A DNA stretch of 64,000 nt from Bacteroidales bacterium (GTDB lineage: Bacteria; Bacteroidota; Bacteroidia; Bacteroidales; VadinHA17), in assembly GCA_017882305.1 (NCBI GenBank), contig JADGPU010000004.1:6013-70012 (forward strand). The letters run 5' to 3'. Shown piece after piece: positions 47,371 to 58,600 of this stretch. The notes below the pieces were generated by a model. It made no database searches and was not told the origin of the DNA. It saw only the letters and a program-made list of their open reading frames with translations. Each line of letters begins with the position of its first letter. The stretch's first letter is position 1. The position numbers and the translations under genes are program-made.

Positions 47371-49011
47371 ATGAAAATAATTAAAACAGTTTTTAAAGTA
47401 GCTCTTTATCTGATTAGTTGTTCGAACATAACAGGACAAAATTTATCCAAGCCCATTACCGGCGGAACAACTCAGGACTCAAAAAATTCCAATTTCATCG
47501 TTTATCTTCACATTGACCGTTCTTATTACATGCCTGGAGATTCTATTTTATTTAAAGCCTATGTTTTAGATGATTCGGATAACAAATCCAAGTCAAATAA
47601 TGATACATTACACCTGGCTCTTTTAGATCAGGATGGACTTGAGGTGGCTTCCGGAGTATTTCCTCTTAACAATAGTCAGATAAGAGGAAATATTGACCTG
47701 CCGGATTACCTTACTGAAGGAAATTATATTCTTATTGCCTCTTACAATTTGAAGAATAACCTTTCACCTGAAAAGATATTTTCAAGTGTAATTGAGATAA
47801 GAGAATCTGTCGAATCTGATCTGAAAACAGATTTATCATTGACAGACACTCTGTATGAATCGGGCAGCCTCCTTACAGCACAAATCAGATTCTCAGGAAA
47901 AGACAATAAACCAGTCCCAGTAAGTTTTACCTACCAGTTAAATGGTACATCTGGTGAAATACTTAGCGGTAAAAGTAAAGCCAGTTCTGATGGAATGGCT
48001 ACTCTTAAATTTCAGCTTCCGGCATTTGATAACAAAGAGATCATAAAATTACTTGTGACCCCGTCTTACAAAGGCACTAAAACCATTACCGGACTAGTAA
48101 TTCCAACACGTTTTAATTACACTGGCGGGAAAAAACATAATGACATAAATATGTCTGCGAATGAATTCAAACACTTAAATATCCAGCTTAATACACTCAG
48201 ACTGCAAAATGAGAAAGTCCAGTTGGATATTTCCGTTACAGATGACCAGGGAATCCCGATAAAGGCAAACTTGTCTGTTTCTGCATCTAATATTATCCCC
48301 CATCAACTTTCCAGCGGGAATGACAACATTATAAGTTATTCAAAGATGAAAGGTAGCCCGGCAGCTGGAAACTCAATCAGCGACATAAATAAATATTTTA
48401 CACAGTATCTTCAACAGATAACCCAATCACCAGGTAGTCCATTTATTGTTCCTGAGAAAAACAACTCTAAAAAGCTATTTAGAAAAGAGCGCTCAGCTAA
48501 TCAAAAGAAGCAAGAAGGATACTCAAGCGATCGCAATATTTTCGATATTCTTATGTCGATCAAACCGTATCACCTGGAAAACGGGAAAATTACCTTTGGA
48601 ATAAGTAATATGAACTCAATTAACAATCTGGATGGTGCTCTGATAATTGTTGATGGCATAAAGATGGGTACCAACGCCTCAATCCTTAATACTATCCCGG
48701 TGCCGGATATTGCCCGTATAACAGCCTCAACAAATGTTTTGGATATTCAGAGATATTCGGCATTGAATAGTGTAGGTATTATCGAGATAACCATGAAGAA
48801 AACTGGTGAATTTGTAAAGAAAGAAGAAGATGTGCACAAAAATAAAAGCAACACCCTCTTCTGGGGACCTGATATAATTACAGACAGTTCAGGGAAGGCA
48901 TCAATAAATTTCTTCAACAACAATCTTTCCGACAAAATATTAATATCTGTTGAAGGAATAGCAACAAACGGATTATCCGGAAGCAGCACCCTTCATTATA
49001 CAGGAAAATAA
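47371..49011 (+). CDS. Secreted hypothetical protein: MG2-like N-terminal region, Plug-like domain, no barrel
   Basis: 546 aa with a signal peptide. FIVYLHIDRSYYMPGDSILFKAYVLD (MG2-like). ALIIVDGIKMG...VGIIEITMKK (Plug-like). C-terminal TLFWGPDIITDSSGKASINFF. Confidence 0.5.
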   Translation: MKIIKTVFKVALYLISCSNITGQNLSKPITGGTTQDSKNSNFIVYLHIDRSYYMPGDSILFKAYVLDDSDNKSKSNNDTLHLALLDQDGLEVASGVFPLNNSQIRGNIDLPDYLTEGNYILIASYNLKNNLSPEKIFSSVIEIRESVESDLKTDLSLTDTLYESGSLLTAQIRFSGKDNKPVPVSFTYQLNGTSGEILSGKSKASSDGMATLKFQLPAFDNKEIIKLLVTPSYKGTKTITGLVIPTRFNYTGGKKHNDINMSANEFKHLNIQLNTLRLQNEKVQLDISVTDDQGIPIKANLSVSASNIIPHQLSSGNDNIISYSKMKGSPAAGNSISDINKYFTQYLQQITQSPGSPFIVPEKNNSKKLFRKERSANQKKQEGYSSDRNIFDILMSIKPYHLENGKITFGISNMNSINNLDGALIIVDGIKMGTNASILNTIPVPDIARITASTNVLDIQRYSALNSVGIIEITMKKTGEFVKKEEDVHKNKSNTLFWGPDIITDSSGKASINFFNNNLSDKILISVEGIATNGLSGSSTLHYTGK

Positions 49012-49037
49012 TTCAGAAAAATCTGCTGGTTACAAAA

Positions 49038-49099
49038 CGTTCAGCGTTGAGGGTTGAGAGTTTAGAGCATTCTTAACACTAAACTCTGAACTCTTAACT
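49038..49099. terminator. Heptamer-built hairpin, probable bidirectional terminator between convergent genes
   Basis: CGTTCAG CGTTGAG GGTTGAG AGTTTAG, then loop AGCATTCTTAACA, then CTAAACT CTGAACT CTTAACT. The innermost heptamer pair is perfectly complementary. T4 follows on the plus strand and a short T4 run lies 2 nt beyond the array on the minus strand. Confidence 0.6.
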
Positions 49100-49125
49100 T
49101 TTAATAACATCAGGCATTTTCTTCG

Positions 49126-50391
49126 TTAGTCCGATAATGCCTGATAAACCATGGCTTTGAACTTATCTTGTATTTCAGAATGACTGAGCGGGCTTTGTTG
49201 TATAAACAGCAGACAAACAAGCCGTTCCTTTGGGTCGGCCCAATAAGTGGTTGCAAAATAGCCGCCCCAGGAAAACGATCCTTCTGATATTCCAAGTTTT
49301 GCCTGACCATTTGCAGTAGTAATCTCAAAACCCAATCCAAATTTGTCCCGGCCAAGATTCAGGTCGCCTATCTGATTAGAGGTCATTAATTCTACCGTAC
49401 GTCTGGCAAGTAGCCTTTTCCCGTTATATTCCCCTTTGTTTAGCATCATCTGCAGAAAAGTTGCATAATCTTTTATTGTAGAACTCAGTCCGGCACCACC
49501 AGAATAATATGTACCTTCAATAAGAGGATAATTCACAAACGCAGCCGAAGCATTAACCAGATGATGGTTTTTATCTTCAGTACTGACTTTTACGAGTCTG
49601 TCATATTTTGAGGCAGGTAAATAAAAATAAGTGTCGTTCATTCCCAATGGTTCGAAAATATGATTATGAAAATATTTATCGAGACTTTCACCGGATAAAA
49701 CTTCAACAAGATAGCCGAGAACATCCACATTTAATCCATAAGTGAATTTTTCTCCTGGCTGGTGCACAAGAGGTAATCTGCCTAGCGCCTTCATTTTATC
49801 GCTGAGAACCATCTTATCACCCCCAAAACCTCCAGGAATGTCTGATTTTGCATAGATGGCTCTCATATTTTTTGAACCAATACCTGCATAATCAATTCCT
49901 GAAGTATGAGTTAAAAGATCTCTTATTGTTATTTCGCGATTTGCCTGAATAGTAGTATAGGTTGTGTCTTTTTCATTGAACTTATCGAGAACTCGTGGAT
50001 CAGCAAATTCAGGGATATATTTTGAAATAGGGTCATCTAAAAGGAATTTTCCTCCTTCAAATAACATCATTACTGCCACACTGGTAATAGCTTTAGTCTG
50101 GGAAGCGATGCGAAAAATATCATCACTGTGCAACAATGTCTTTGTTTCAAGATTGCTAACACCAAACGATTTATCATAAACAATTTTGCCGTCACGTGCT
50201 ATAAAACCAACTGCGCCCGCAATCCATCCGCTATCGATGCTTTGCGTAAGCATTTTGTCGATGCGGATAAGCCGGTCCTCAGAAACACGGACCGAAAGGG
50301 GTGAAGCCTTTTTAAGTTCTGTAGTTTGGGTACACGAATTGGTAATAATTAATATCAAACAAGCAACCTGAAGAATAGAAGTTTTTTTCAT
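49126..50391 (-). CDS. Serine hydrolase, beta-lactamase/transpeptidase fold
   Basis: 421 aa, lipoprotein-like signal. SxxK motif in FRIASQTKAIT. Confidence 0.75.
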   Translation of the reverse strand: MKKTSILQVACLILIITNSCTQTTELKKASPLSVRVSEDRLIRIDKMLTQSIDSGWIAGAVGFIARDGKIVYDKSFGVSNLETKTLLHSDDIFRIASQTKAITSVAVMMLFEGGKFLLDDPISKYIPEFADPRVLDKFNEKDTTYTTIQANREITIRDLLTHTSGIDYAGIGSKNMRAIYAKSDIPGGFGGDKMVLSDKMKALGRLPLVHQPGEKFTYGLNVDVLGYLVEVLSGESLDKYFHNHIFEPLGMNDTYFYLPASKYDRLVKVSTEDKNHHLVNASAAFVNYPLIEGTYYSGGAGLSSTIKDYATFLQMMLNKGEYNGKRLLARRTVELMTSNQIGDLNLGRDKFGLGFEITTANGQAKLGISEGSFSWGGYFATTYWADPKERLVCLLFIQQSPLSHSEIQDKFKAMVYQALSD

Positions 50392-50427
50392 ATTTTTATT
50401 CTTTAATAATGTGTAATAAAATAAAAT

Positions 50428-51264
50428 TTATTTTTGTTTTGCATGACTCAACAATAAATCTGTCAGGTTTTCTGCGGCTCTGCGGTTTTCAAAACTTCCC
50501 GGAAGACGATCGTGATCAATATATTCATTATAGATCCATGGGTCACCTATCGCGAAAACATATCCCTTTCCAAAATTGTTTTCTGCCATAAGGACTTTGC
50601 CCTTCTCAATCAGAATAGCCTTTGCAGTTCCCGAGAGATTTATATCAGAAACCTCCTTGATATATATTTTTGTGACTCCCTTAAAAATAGGATGGACAGG
50701 CAGATTTGTACTGGCCCCCATCTCAAAATTGGTTCCTGTCACGGGATGTAATGTTACATGGTTAAATGTCATTCCAAACTGTCTCATCAGCTTATTCAGA
50801 TGTGTGAACTCACAGTTTGGTCCATCGTTTGCCAGGATTGCAAGAACGCCACCACCTTCCACCCATCTTTCAATGGAAGAGATATCCTCAGGTCTTAAAT
50901 AATTTGGGGATGGTGTTTCTGAAGTAGTGTCAGGATCAACAATTATATATATATTAATTTTGCTTAAAACATTAGCATCAGGCTTTCCGATGGTTTTAAT
51001 TGTCGCTCCCCTGCCGGTAAAAATTTCTCCCCATCTTGAATATCCGCTTAACTCGGTATCAGTCCATAGGTAATGAAATGGCTTTCCTGTTTTGGCATTG
51101 GTCTCATGGTTATACCAGTTATCCAGACCAACGACAGTTTGTGAAAATAAGTTTTGGACAATTAAGGGATGTAGAATAAGCAACATAAATAAAAAATTCC
51201 TTTTAAGATCTTTCGGCTTTTCCATAGTTTTTCCGGGGTTGGATATATCAAAAATATGAAACAA
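50428..51264 (-). CDS. Secreted hypothetical protein
   Basis: 278 aa. The probable start is the internal MEKPKDLKRNFLFMLLIL. I could not recognise a confident family; it is possibly a class-I glutamine-amidotransferase-like fold. Confidence 0.5.
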   Translation of the reverse strand: MFHIFDISNPGKTMEKPKDLKRNFLFMLLILHPLIVQNLFSQTVVGLDNWYNHETNAKTGKPFHYLWTDTELSGYSRWGEIFTGRGATIKTIGKPDANVLSKINIYIIVDPDTTSETPSPNYLRPEDISSIERWVEGGGVLAILANDGPNCEFTHLNKLMRQFGMTFNHVTLHPVTGTNFEMGASTNLPVHPIFKGVTKIYIKEVSDINLSGTAKAILIEKGKVLMAENNFGKGYVFAIGDPWIYNEYIDHDRLPGSFENRRAAENLTDLLLSHAKQK

Positions 51265-51337
51265 TAATGATGAAACAATGATATTCCAAAACTTATTCCC
51301 GGGTCACTTGAATAATTATCTTTGTTATTAAGAACCC

Positions 51338-51377
51338 GGTCTTGCGGTCTCGCAGTCTTGAGGTCCTGCAGTCAAGA
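51338..51377. repeat. Five tandem degenerate octamers RGTCNNGM
   Basis: GGTCTTGC GGTCTCGC AGTCTTGA GGTCCTGC AGTCAAGA, in a divergent intergenic region. Confidence 0.8.
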
Positions 51378-51419
51378 GAAAGGGGTTAATTAATTAAAAC
51401 AGAGCTTAATTCAAAAAAT

Positions 51420-52565
51420 ATGAAAATCATTAATAAAAAAACTGTGCTTACAGTTCCAATGCTGTTCTTATTTCTCATAATTCATTGCCAGGACAAAAAC
51501 CACCTGATTAAACCAGGACAGATATGGCCTGATACTGAAGGTAAGCATATAAATGCGCATGGAGGGGGTATAATATATTTTAATGAAACCTATTACTGGT
51601 TCGGGGAATACAGATTAGCACGTTTAGAAAAAGACAAGAGTCATTATGGAGTCAGCTGTTATTCTTCAAAAGATCTTCTGAACTGGAAAAATGAGGGACT
51701 CGCTTTAAAGGTTATAAACGATACTGCAAGCATCCTTAATCCGGGATGTGTCATTGAACGCCCTAAAGTAATATATAACAAAAAGACCGGAAAGTTTGTT
51801 ATGTGGTTTCATCATGAATTAAAAGGACAAGGTTACAAAGCAGCTTTGACCGGAGTTGCTGTAAGTGACAATATAACAGGTCCATACAAGTACATAAGGA
51901 GCCTCCGTCCCAACGCAGGAGTTTGGCCTTTAAATTTTCCTGAAGAGTACAAAAAAGCCACAGTAAAAGAAGGCGATCTTAAAAGCTGGTCGGACGAGTG
52001 GAAACTTGCGGTCAGAGAAGGACTATTTATAAGACGGGATTTTGAAGGAGGTCAAATGGCCCGCGACATGACTATTTTTGTTGACAAAGATGGTAAAGCT
52101 TATCATGTCCATGCAGCCGAAGAGAATATGACGCTTCATTTTTCAGAACTTACAGATGATTATCTCGATTTTACAGGAAGATATATTCGTGTTCTACTCG
52201 GAGAATCGAATGAAGCGCCTGCCATCTTTTTTTCTAAAGGCAGGTATTTTATGTTCACCTCAGGTACCACAGGGTGGAAGCCAAATCCTGCCCGTCTTGC
52301 TGTTGCCAAAAAGATTTTTGGAGAATGGAAGTCAATCGGAAATCCATGCAGGGGAACAGAGGATGAAAACAAGATCACCTTTGGCTCACAGAGCACTCAG
52401 ATTCTTTCTGTCAATGACAAAAAAAATATATTTATTTACATGGGCGACAGGTGGATTCCGGATAATCTCGCTGACAGCCGGCATATCTGGCTACCTGTTG
52501 AATGGGAAAAAGGATATCCGGTAATTAAATGGTATCCAAACTGGAGCCTGAGTAAACTAAAATAG
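51420..52565 (+). CDS. GH43-family glycoside hydrolase
   Basis: 381 aa with a signal peptide. HINAHGGGIIYFNETYYWFGE and NEAPAIFFSKGRYFMFTSGTTGW blocks typical of 5-bladed propeller GH43 members. Confidence 0.7.
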   Translation: MKIINKKTVLTVPMLFLFLIIHCQDKNHLIKPGQIWPDTEGKHINAHGGGIIYFNETYYWFGEYRLARLEKDKSHYGVSCYSSKDLLNWKNEGLALKVINDTASILNPGCVIERPKVIYNKKTGKFVMWFHHELKGQGYKAALTGVAVSDNITGPYKYIRSLRPNAGVWPLNFPEEYKKATVKEGDLKSWSDEWKLAVREGLFIRRDFEGGQMARDMTIFVDKDGKAYHVHAAEENMTLHFSELTDDYLDFTGRYIRVLLGESNEAPAIFFSKGRYFMFTSGTTGWKPNPARLAVAKKIFGEWKSIGNPCRGTEDENKITFGSQSTQILSVNDKKNIFIYMGDRWIPDNLADSRHIWLPVEWEKGYPVIKWYPNWSLSKLK

Positions 52566-52716
52566 TATCCCTTTGCTTTCTATTGAAAACCAGTGTCTTG
52601 AGCCACAACTCAGAATTTCAATAAACTTTCCTACCTTTGATATAATAAATACATAGGCGAACCGACAGATAGATATGTTGTTCTGATTATTATAAGAAAA
52701 CATTAAATCAAATCTT

Positions 52717-53127
52717 ATGAAAAACCTTGCATTATTATTAATCGTTGCAGGATGTCTGTTCAGTTCTTCCTGCAATAAAGACTCACAGTCTCAGCCATTT
52801 AAGCAATTAACAGGTCATGTCTGGGCTAGTGACAGTCTGCTTGCGAATGGAGTAGATGCAAGCGGTCCTGATGGAATGCTGAAAAATTTTAAGGGAGATG
52901 CTAAATTTAATCAGGACGGTACTGGCTATTTTGGAGTCTATATTGGTACATGGAGATTCGCATATAATGAAACTCAGATAATTATTTCTACAGATTCCCT
53001 ACCTCTTCCACTGACAACAAAAATTGCTGAACTAACCAGTATTTCTCTCAAGGTTACAACCAGTTACCCTAACTTACTTAATCCGGCTGCCCCCACATTT
53101 ATCCGGATGACATTTAAGCCAAAGTAA
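52717..53127 (+). CDS. Small lipocalin-like lipoprotein
   Basis: 136 aa. Lipobox LFSSSC. TAATG overlap with the downstream TonB receptor. Confidence 0.55.
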   Translation: MKNLALLLIVAGCLFSSSCNKDSQSQPFKQLTGHVWASDSLLANGVDASGPDGMLKNFKGDAKFNQDGTGYFGVYIGTWRFAYNETQIIISTDSLPLPLTTKIAELTSISLKVTTSYPNLLNPAAPTFIRMTFKPK

Positions 53128-55376
53128 TGCGGTATATTTTTATAATCATAACTACACTTTTAAGCCAGGCCTTAAATGTTGTGGTTGCACAGGGTATCGT
53201 TAAAGGTAAAATATACGATAAGAATACACTCGAACCACTACGAGGTGTATACCTTATATATGAAAATAAACAGGGCACTATCACTGATGAAAATGGCTGT
53301 TTTTCTGTAAAATCAGATACGGGCAAACTAAATATCTCCTTCCGGTTACTTGGTTATAAGCCTGCTACAAGATTTATCGTTTTGAGATCAAATGATACTA
53401 TCGAACTGAATATCGGATTGGAAACGGATATTCTGGACATAGGTCAAATAGTTATTAGTGCAAATAAAACAGAACAGAAAGTTGCAGAATTGACTGTTTC
53501 AATGGATGTTATAAAGACAGCCGATTTTTTGAAAACCCACATAACTGATGCGCAGGAGTTGATTAATAAAACTCCAGGGATTGAAGTACTCGACGGACAA
53601 GCCTCAATAAGAGGGGGCAGCGGTTTCAGTTATGGTGTAGGCAGCAGGGTTCTTGCTCTGATCGATGGATTACCTGTTTTTTCGCCCGACGCCGGGAATA
53701 TTAAATGGCAATTCCTTCCTCTTGAGAACATTGCACAGGTAGAAATAATCAAAGGGGCTTCCTCAGTTCTCTATGGATCTTCAGCATTAAATGGTATTAT
53801 TAACTTTCGTTCAGCTGATCCGACAAATATTCCGGTAACACAGTTCTTTGCAGAAACAGGGATATATGATAAGCCAAAAAATAAAAACTGGGTCTGGTGG
53901 AATACACCCCGATTTTTTTCAAATGTCTCCTTTTCTCATCTTCAGAAAATCGGGAAAACTGACTTAGGTTTGAGTATTAATCTTTTGAACAACAACGGTT
54001 ACAGAAAATTCAATGATGAAAAACTAGGTAGAATCAGCCTCAGACTTAAACATCATAACCAAAAAGTGAAAGGTCTGGTTTACGGATTTAACATTAATTC
54101 GGGTTATACAGCCAAAAGAGATTTCATTCTTTGGGAAAACGCAGAAAATGGTGCACTGAAGCAGGATACCTCAACTGTTTCACTGGTTCACGGTAGTTTC
54201 GTTGCTTTCGATCCTTTTATATCGTATAATAATACGGGCAGATTTAAACACGACCTCCGGATGAGATTACAATTATCTGACACCAGATTCCCGGTCAGGA
54301 AAGAGAATAATTCAGATGCATATTCATGCTACTCAGAGTATCAGTTGTACTACGCGATTGCTTCTTTTATGAACATCACAACCGGAATATCCGAGAATCT
54401 AAGCAAAATCCTTTCAAATTTCTATGGCAATCATAATGGTCTGAATCTATCTGTATTCACACAACTTGAGGTGCAGCCAGTTCCCAGATTGAAGATGGTC
54501 GCAGGATTACGTGTCGAACAGAATTCCCTTGATAATAAATCAGATAAAATTGTTCCGATTTTCAGAACAGGAATAAACTGGCAGGCTGCAGAATATACCT
54601 TCCTCAGAGCTTCATTCGGAGAAGGTTACAGATATCCTTCCATTGCTGAGAAATATGCTTCAACAACCCTGGGATCTATTAAAATATTCCCTAATCCCTT
54701 TGTTCAACCTGAATCGGGATGGAGCTCTGAAGTTGGAATCAAACAGGGAATTTTATCAGGTAAAACAAATGGGCAGGCAGATTTGTCTTTATTCTTTTTA
54801 CAGAATAAAAATCTTATAGAATATCCTTTTGGCTCCTATCCTGATCCCATAACAGGAATCTCAGGTCTGGGTTTCAGAGCTGATAATATTGAGCAATCGA
54901 GAGTATATGGATATGAACTGGAATTTATCCTGAACCGGACTCAAGGTGAATTTAATACAACATTGACAGGAGGATATACTTATATTTATCCTGTTGAATT
55001 CAATCAGATAACCAATAAGAACACAGACATATACTTAAAATACAGAAGAAAGCATTCAGTAAAAATTAGTTTGAAGACTTCATATAAAAAATTTGACTTA
55101 GGTGTAAGTCTTTATGCCAAATCAAAAATATTGAATATTGACAATGTATTTCTGGATGAAACTACCAGGGAGAGCATCCTTCCTGGATTTTATGAATACT
55201 GGCTCCAGGATAATAAAGGATATTTTCTTCTTGATGGCAATATCGGGTTTAATATAACTAAGATATTAAATCTATCAGTTGCAGTAAAGAACATTACCAA
55301 TACTGAGTATATGGGACGTCCGGGGGATATCCAGCCTCAGAGAAACTACAGTATCCGGTTATCAGGAAAGTTTTGA
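53127..55376 (+). CDS. TonB-dependent receptor (CarboxypepD_reg, Plug and barrel; not SusC-type)
   Basis: 749 aa. GIVKGKIYDKNTLEPLRGVYL, plug IEIIKGASSVLYGSSALNGIINF, and a C-terminal aromatic F. Confidence 0.85.
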   Translation: MRYIFIIITTLLSQALNVVVAQGIVKGKIYDKNTLEPLRGVYLIYENKQGTITDENGCFSVKSDTGKLNISFRLLGYKPATRFIVLRSNDTIELNIGLETDILDIGQIVISANKTEQKVAELTVSMDVIKTADFLKTHITDAQELINKTPGIEVLDGQASIRGGSGFSYGVGSRVLALIDGLPVFSPDAGNIKWQFLPLENIAQVEIIKGASSVLYGSSALNGIINFRSADPTNIPVTQFFAETGIYDKPKNKNWVWWNTPRFFSNVSFSHLQKIGKTDLGLSINLLNNNGYRKFNDEKLGRISLRLKHHNQKVKGLVYGFNINSGYTAKRDFILWENAENGALKQDTSTVSLVHGSFVAFDPFISYNNTGRFKHDLRMRLQLSDTRFPVRKENNSDAYSCYSEYQLYYAIASFMNITTGISENLSKILSNFYGNHNGLNLSVFTQLEVQPVPRLKMVAGLRVEQNSLDNKSDKIVPIFRTGINWQAAEYTFLRASFGEGYRYPSIAEKYASTTLGSIKIFPNPFVQPESGWSSEVGIKQGILSGKTNGQADLSLFFLQNKNLIEYPFGSYPDPITGISGLGFRADNIEQSRVYGYELEFILNRTQGEFNTTLTGGYTYIYPVEFNQITNKNTDIYLKYRRKHSVKISLKTSYKKFDLGVSLYAKSKILNIDNVFLDETTRESILPGFYEYWLQDNKGYFLLDGNIGFNITKILNLSVAVKNITNTEYMGRPGDIQPQRNYSIRLSGKF

Positions 55377-55609
55377 ATACCAGTTAAAGATTGTTCAGTT
55401 AGCTCTGGGCTTCCTCTCCGTTTAAAAAATCGGTTATTAATTTGTTGAGATTCCTCATTTCGAGGAATCGCCCGCTCTCTACCTGGAAATTATTATTAAT
55501 TCCCAAAAGATATAAATTTATTTCTGCAAATAATTCCTTTTAAACTTACAATGAAATTTGGATTCTTCTCATAATTAAGTTAGTTTTCATAATCGAAAAA
55601 TATACTACT

Positions 55610-58600
55610 ATGAAATCATTCCGAATCTTTAAGCCGGCAGCTCTTTTAATTGGCTTTGCGTGCATTGTCATTTTGTACGCCTGTAAAAAAGCCGTTATAA
55701 ATGAAGTTAAAGTTCCTGATTTTGCTACTCTTTCATCACAATTCAGCGACCCACCGAGGGAGTACACCACAGCCCCTTTCTTTGTCTGGAACGGTGAGAT
55801 TACAAGTGACGAGATCGACAAAGATCTTGTCAGTTTTAAAAACGCCGGATCATCCCAGGTATTTATACATCCGCGACCCGGTCTGATTACCGAGTACCTT
55901 TCAGAAAACTGGTTCAAACTTTATCAGCACGCAGTTGAAAAAGGGAAAGAGCTTGGCATGAATATCTGGATATATGACGAAAACTCTTATCCCAGCGGTT
56001 TCGGCGGCGGACATGTTCCTGATGAAATGCCCGAATCTTACAACCAGGGACAGGGGCTTAATATGACAAAAGCTGAAATACTCCCGGATACCTGCAACAA
56101 ATATTGGCTCTGTCTGAAAGAAGAAGATAGCGTTTACACGGATATTACTGCCTCACTATCAGATGAAAAAGGTAAGAAGGGAAAATATTTTCTGTTCTCA
56201 AAAACTTATAATGAAAAATCTGACTGGTATGGTGGCTTTTCGTATGTTGATCTGCTTTACCCGGGGGTAACTCAGAAATTTATTGAAGTTACTATGAAAG
56301 GTTATGAGAAGTATCTTGGGACCGAATTCGGAAAAACAATCCCCGGCACCTTTACCGATGAACCTCAAATTGAATCTCCCGGTGGTATCCGCTGGACTCC
56401 CGACCTGTTTGATGTTTTCCTGAAACAGTGGCATTATGATCTTAAAACTCAGTTGCCTTCGCTTTATGAGGAAACAGGCGACTGGAAAAAAATCAGACAT
56501 AACTATACACAAACGCTCCTTCAGTTATTTATAGACAGATGGTCAAAACCATGGCATTCCTATTGTGAGGCAAAAGATCTGAAATTCACCGGCCATTACT
56601 GGGAACATGAATGGCCGAATATGCGTCCGGGCGGAGATAACATGGCTATGTATGCATGGTCTCAGGTTCCGGCTATTGATATGTTATTTAACCAATGGGA
56701 CGATTCGTCGACAAATGCCCAGTTTGGAAACATACGGTCGGTTAAAGAGCTTGCCAGTGCTGCAAATCAGACAGGCAGGCAAAGAAAACTTAGTGAAACT
56801 TATGGCGGATCGGGCTGGGATCTCACATTTACTGGTATGAAACGCAATGGTGACTGGGAATACGCTCTTGGGGTAAATCTTATGAATCAGCATCTTACAT
56901 ACTTCACTCTTGCAGGAGCCAGAAAATATGACTACCCTCCCACCTTCGACTACCACGAGCCATGGTGGAACAATTATAAGTATTTAAATACCCATTATGC
57001 AAGGCTTTCAGTTGCTTTATCATCAGGAAGACAAATTAACGACATACTTATTCTTGAACCTACCACATCAGCCTGGCTTTATGACTCTTATACACAACCA
57101 GATAAGAAGTATGCTGAAATAGGGCAGGCATTCCAGACATTTATTTCAAAACTTGAAAAGAATCAGGTAGAATATGATCTGGGTTCGGAAAACATCATTA
57201 AAGATATGGGAAGTGTTTCAAATGGCAAGCTGGTTGTCGGACAGGCTGGCTATTCACGGGTTGTTATTCCCCCCCTGACAGAGAATCTGGATCTGAATAC
57301 TTATAAACTTCTTGAGAAATTTGTTTCAAACGGAGGCAGACTGATTGCATTCTCCGTCCCTACACTTGTCGATGGTACCACAAATGAAGGGTTGAAAGAA
57401 CTATTTAATAAAAAATCAGATAAGATTATCCTTATTGATAAATTGACACAGGAGACTATTCATAAATATTTCTATAATACAAGGCTCAAGTTTGAAGGGG
57501 TAACCGGGGGAGCTCTTTATCATCATCGAAGGATTCTGACTGACGGACAGTTATTGTTCCTGGTAAATTCGAGTCTTAGTGAACAATTGAATGGTTCACT
57601 TAAAACAAACGGGAAAGGTGCTCTTGAGATGAATACCCTGACAGGAGAAGTTTATGGATATCCAAACCAGGAGACAGGAGATGATATTTCTATTTCCTAT
57701 TCAATTCCTCCTGCTGGGAGTCTTTTGCTTTTCCTACCCGATACTAAAATGTCGGATTATTCAATTCCTTTCAGGCCACAGAACTATATTACAGTTCAAC
57801 GCTCTACTCCATTAAAAGTTAACAGAAACGAGGACAATGTTCTAATGATTGATTTCTGTGACATTGAAGTTGGCAAAGAGATCACAAAAGATCTGAATAC
57901 CTACAACGCAGCGGATAAGGTCTATAAATACTACGGATTTAAAAACGGTAATCCATGGAACACGTCCGTACAGTTCAAGACAAATATTGTTGACAGGGAT
58001 ACTTTTGGGCTGACAACAGGGTTTACCGCAACATATCATTTTCCTATAAAAGGGAAATTCGACTTATCAAAGATAAAGGCTATTGTGGAACGACCCTATT
58101 TATGGACAGTTATTGTAAATGGCATCGAAGTGAAACCGGAAGACGGTAAGTGGTGGCTCGACAGATCGTTCGGTGTTTTCAATATCGGAACCTTAATCAA
58201 AACAGGAGATAACACAATAACTCTTAAAACCTCACCAATGAAGGTTCATGCGGAGATCGAACCTGTTTATGTTTTAGGTGATTTTTCCGTGAAATCTGCT
58301 GAAAAAGGGTGGGATATGGAAGCTCCGGTTGCTAAATACACTGCAGGAAGCTGGAAAACACAGGGCCTGCCATTTTATTCATGGGGTGTTTCATACAGTG
58401 AAGAATTCAATATTGAAAACTCTGATGGCAAATGGGAAATTGCACTCGGAAACTGGTCTGGAACAATGGCAGAAGTTTCGGTAAATGGACAACATGCGCC
58501 TGTTATTGCTTTTCCTCCATATCATAGTGATATCACAGGATTGATCAAACCCGGTATTAATAAAATTGATGTTAATGTAATTGGAAGTCTCAAAAATCTT

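Noticed and set aside
52566-52716. Riboswitch (for example cobalamin or TPP) upstream of the lipocalin plus TonB-receptor pair
   Set aside because: I found only a TACCTTTG promoter box (52632-52639). No conserved riboswitch core motifs or extended helices were recognisable by eye, and a covariance-model scan would be needed to be certain.
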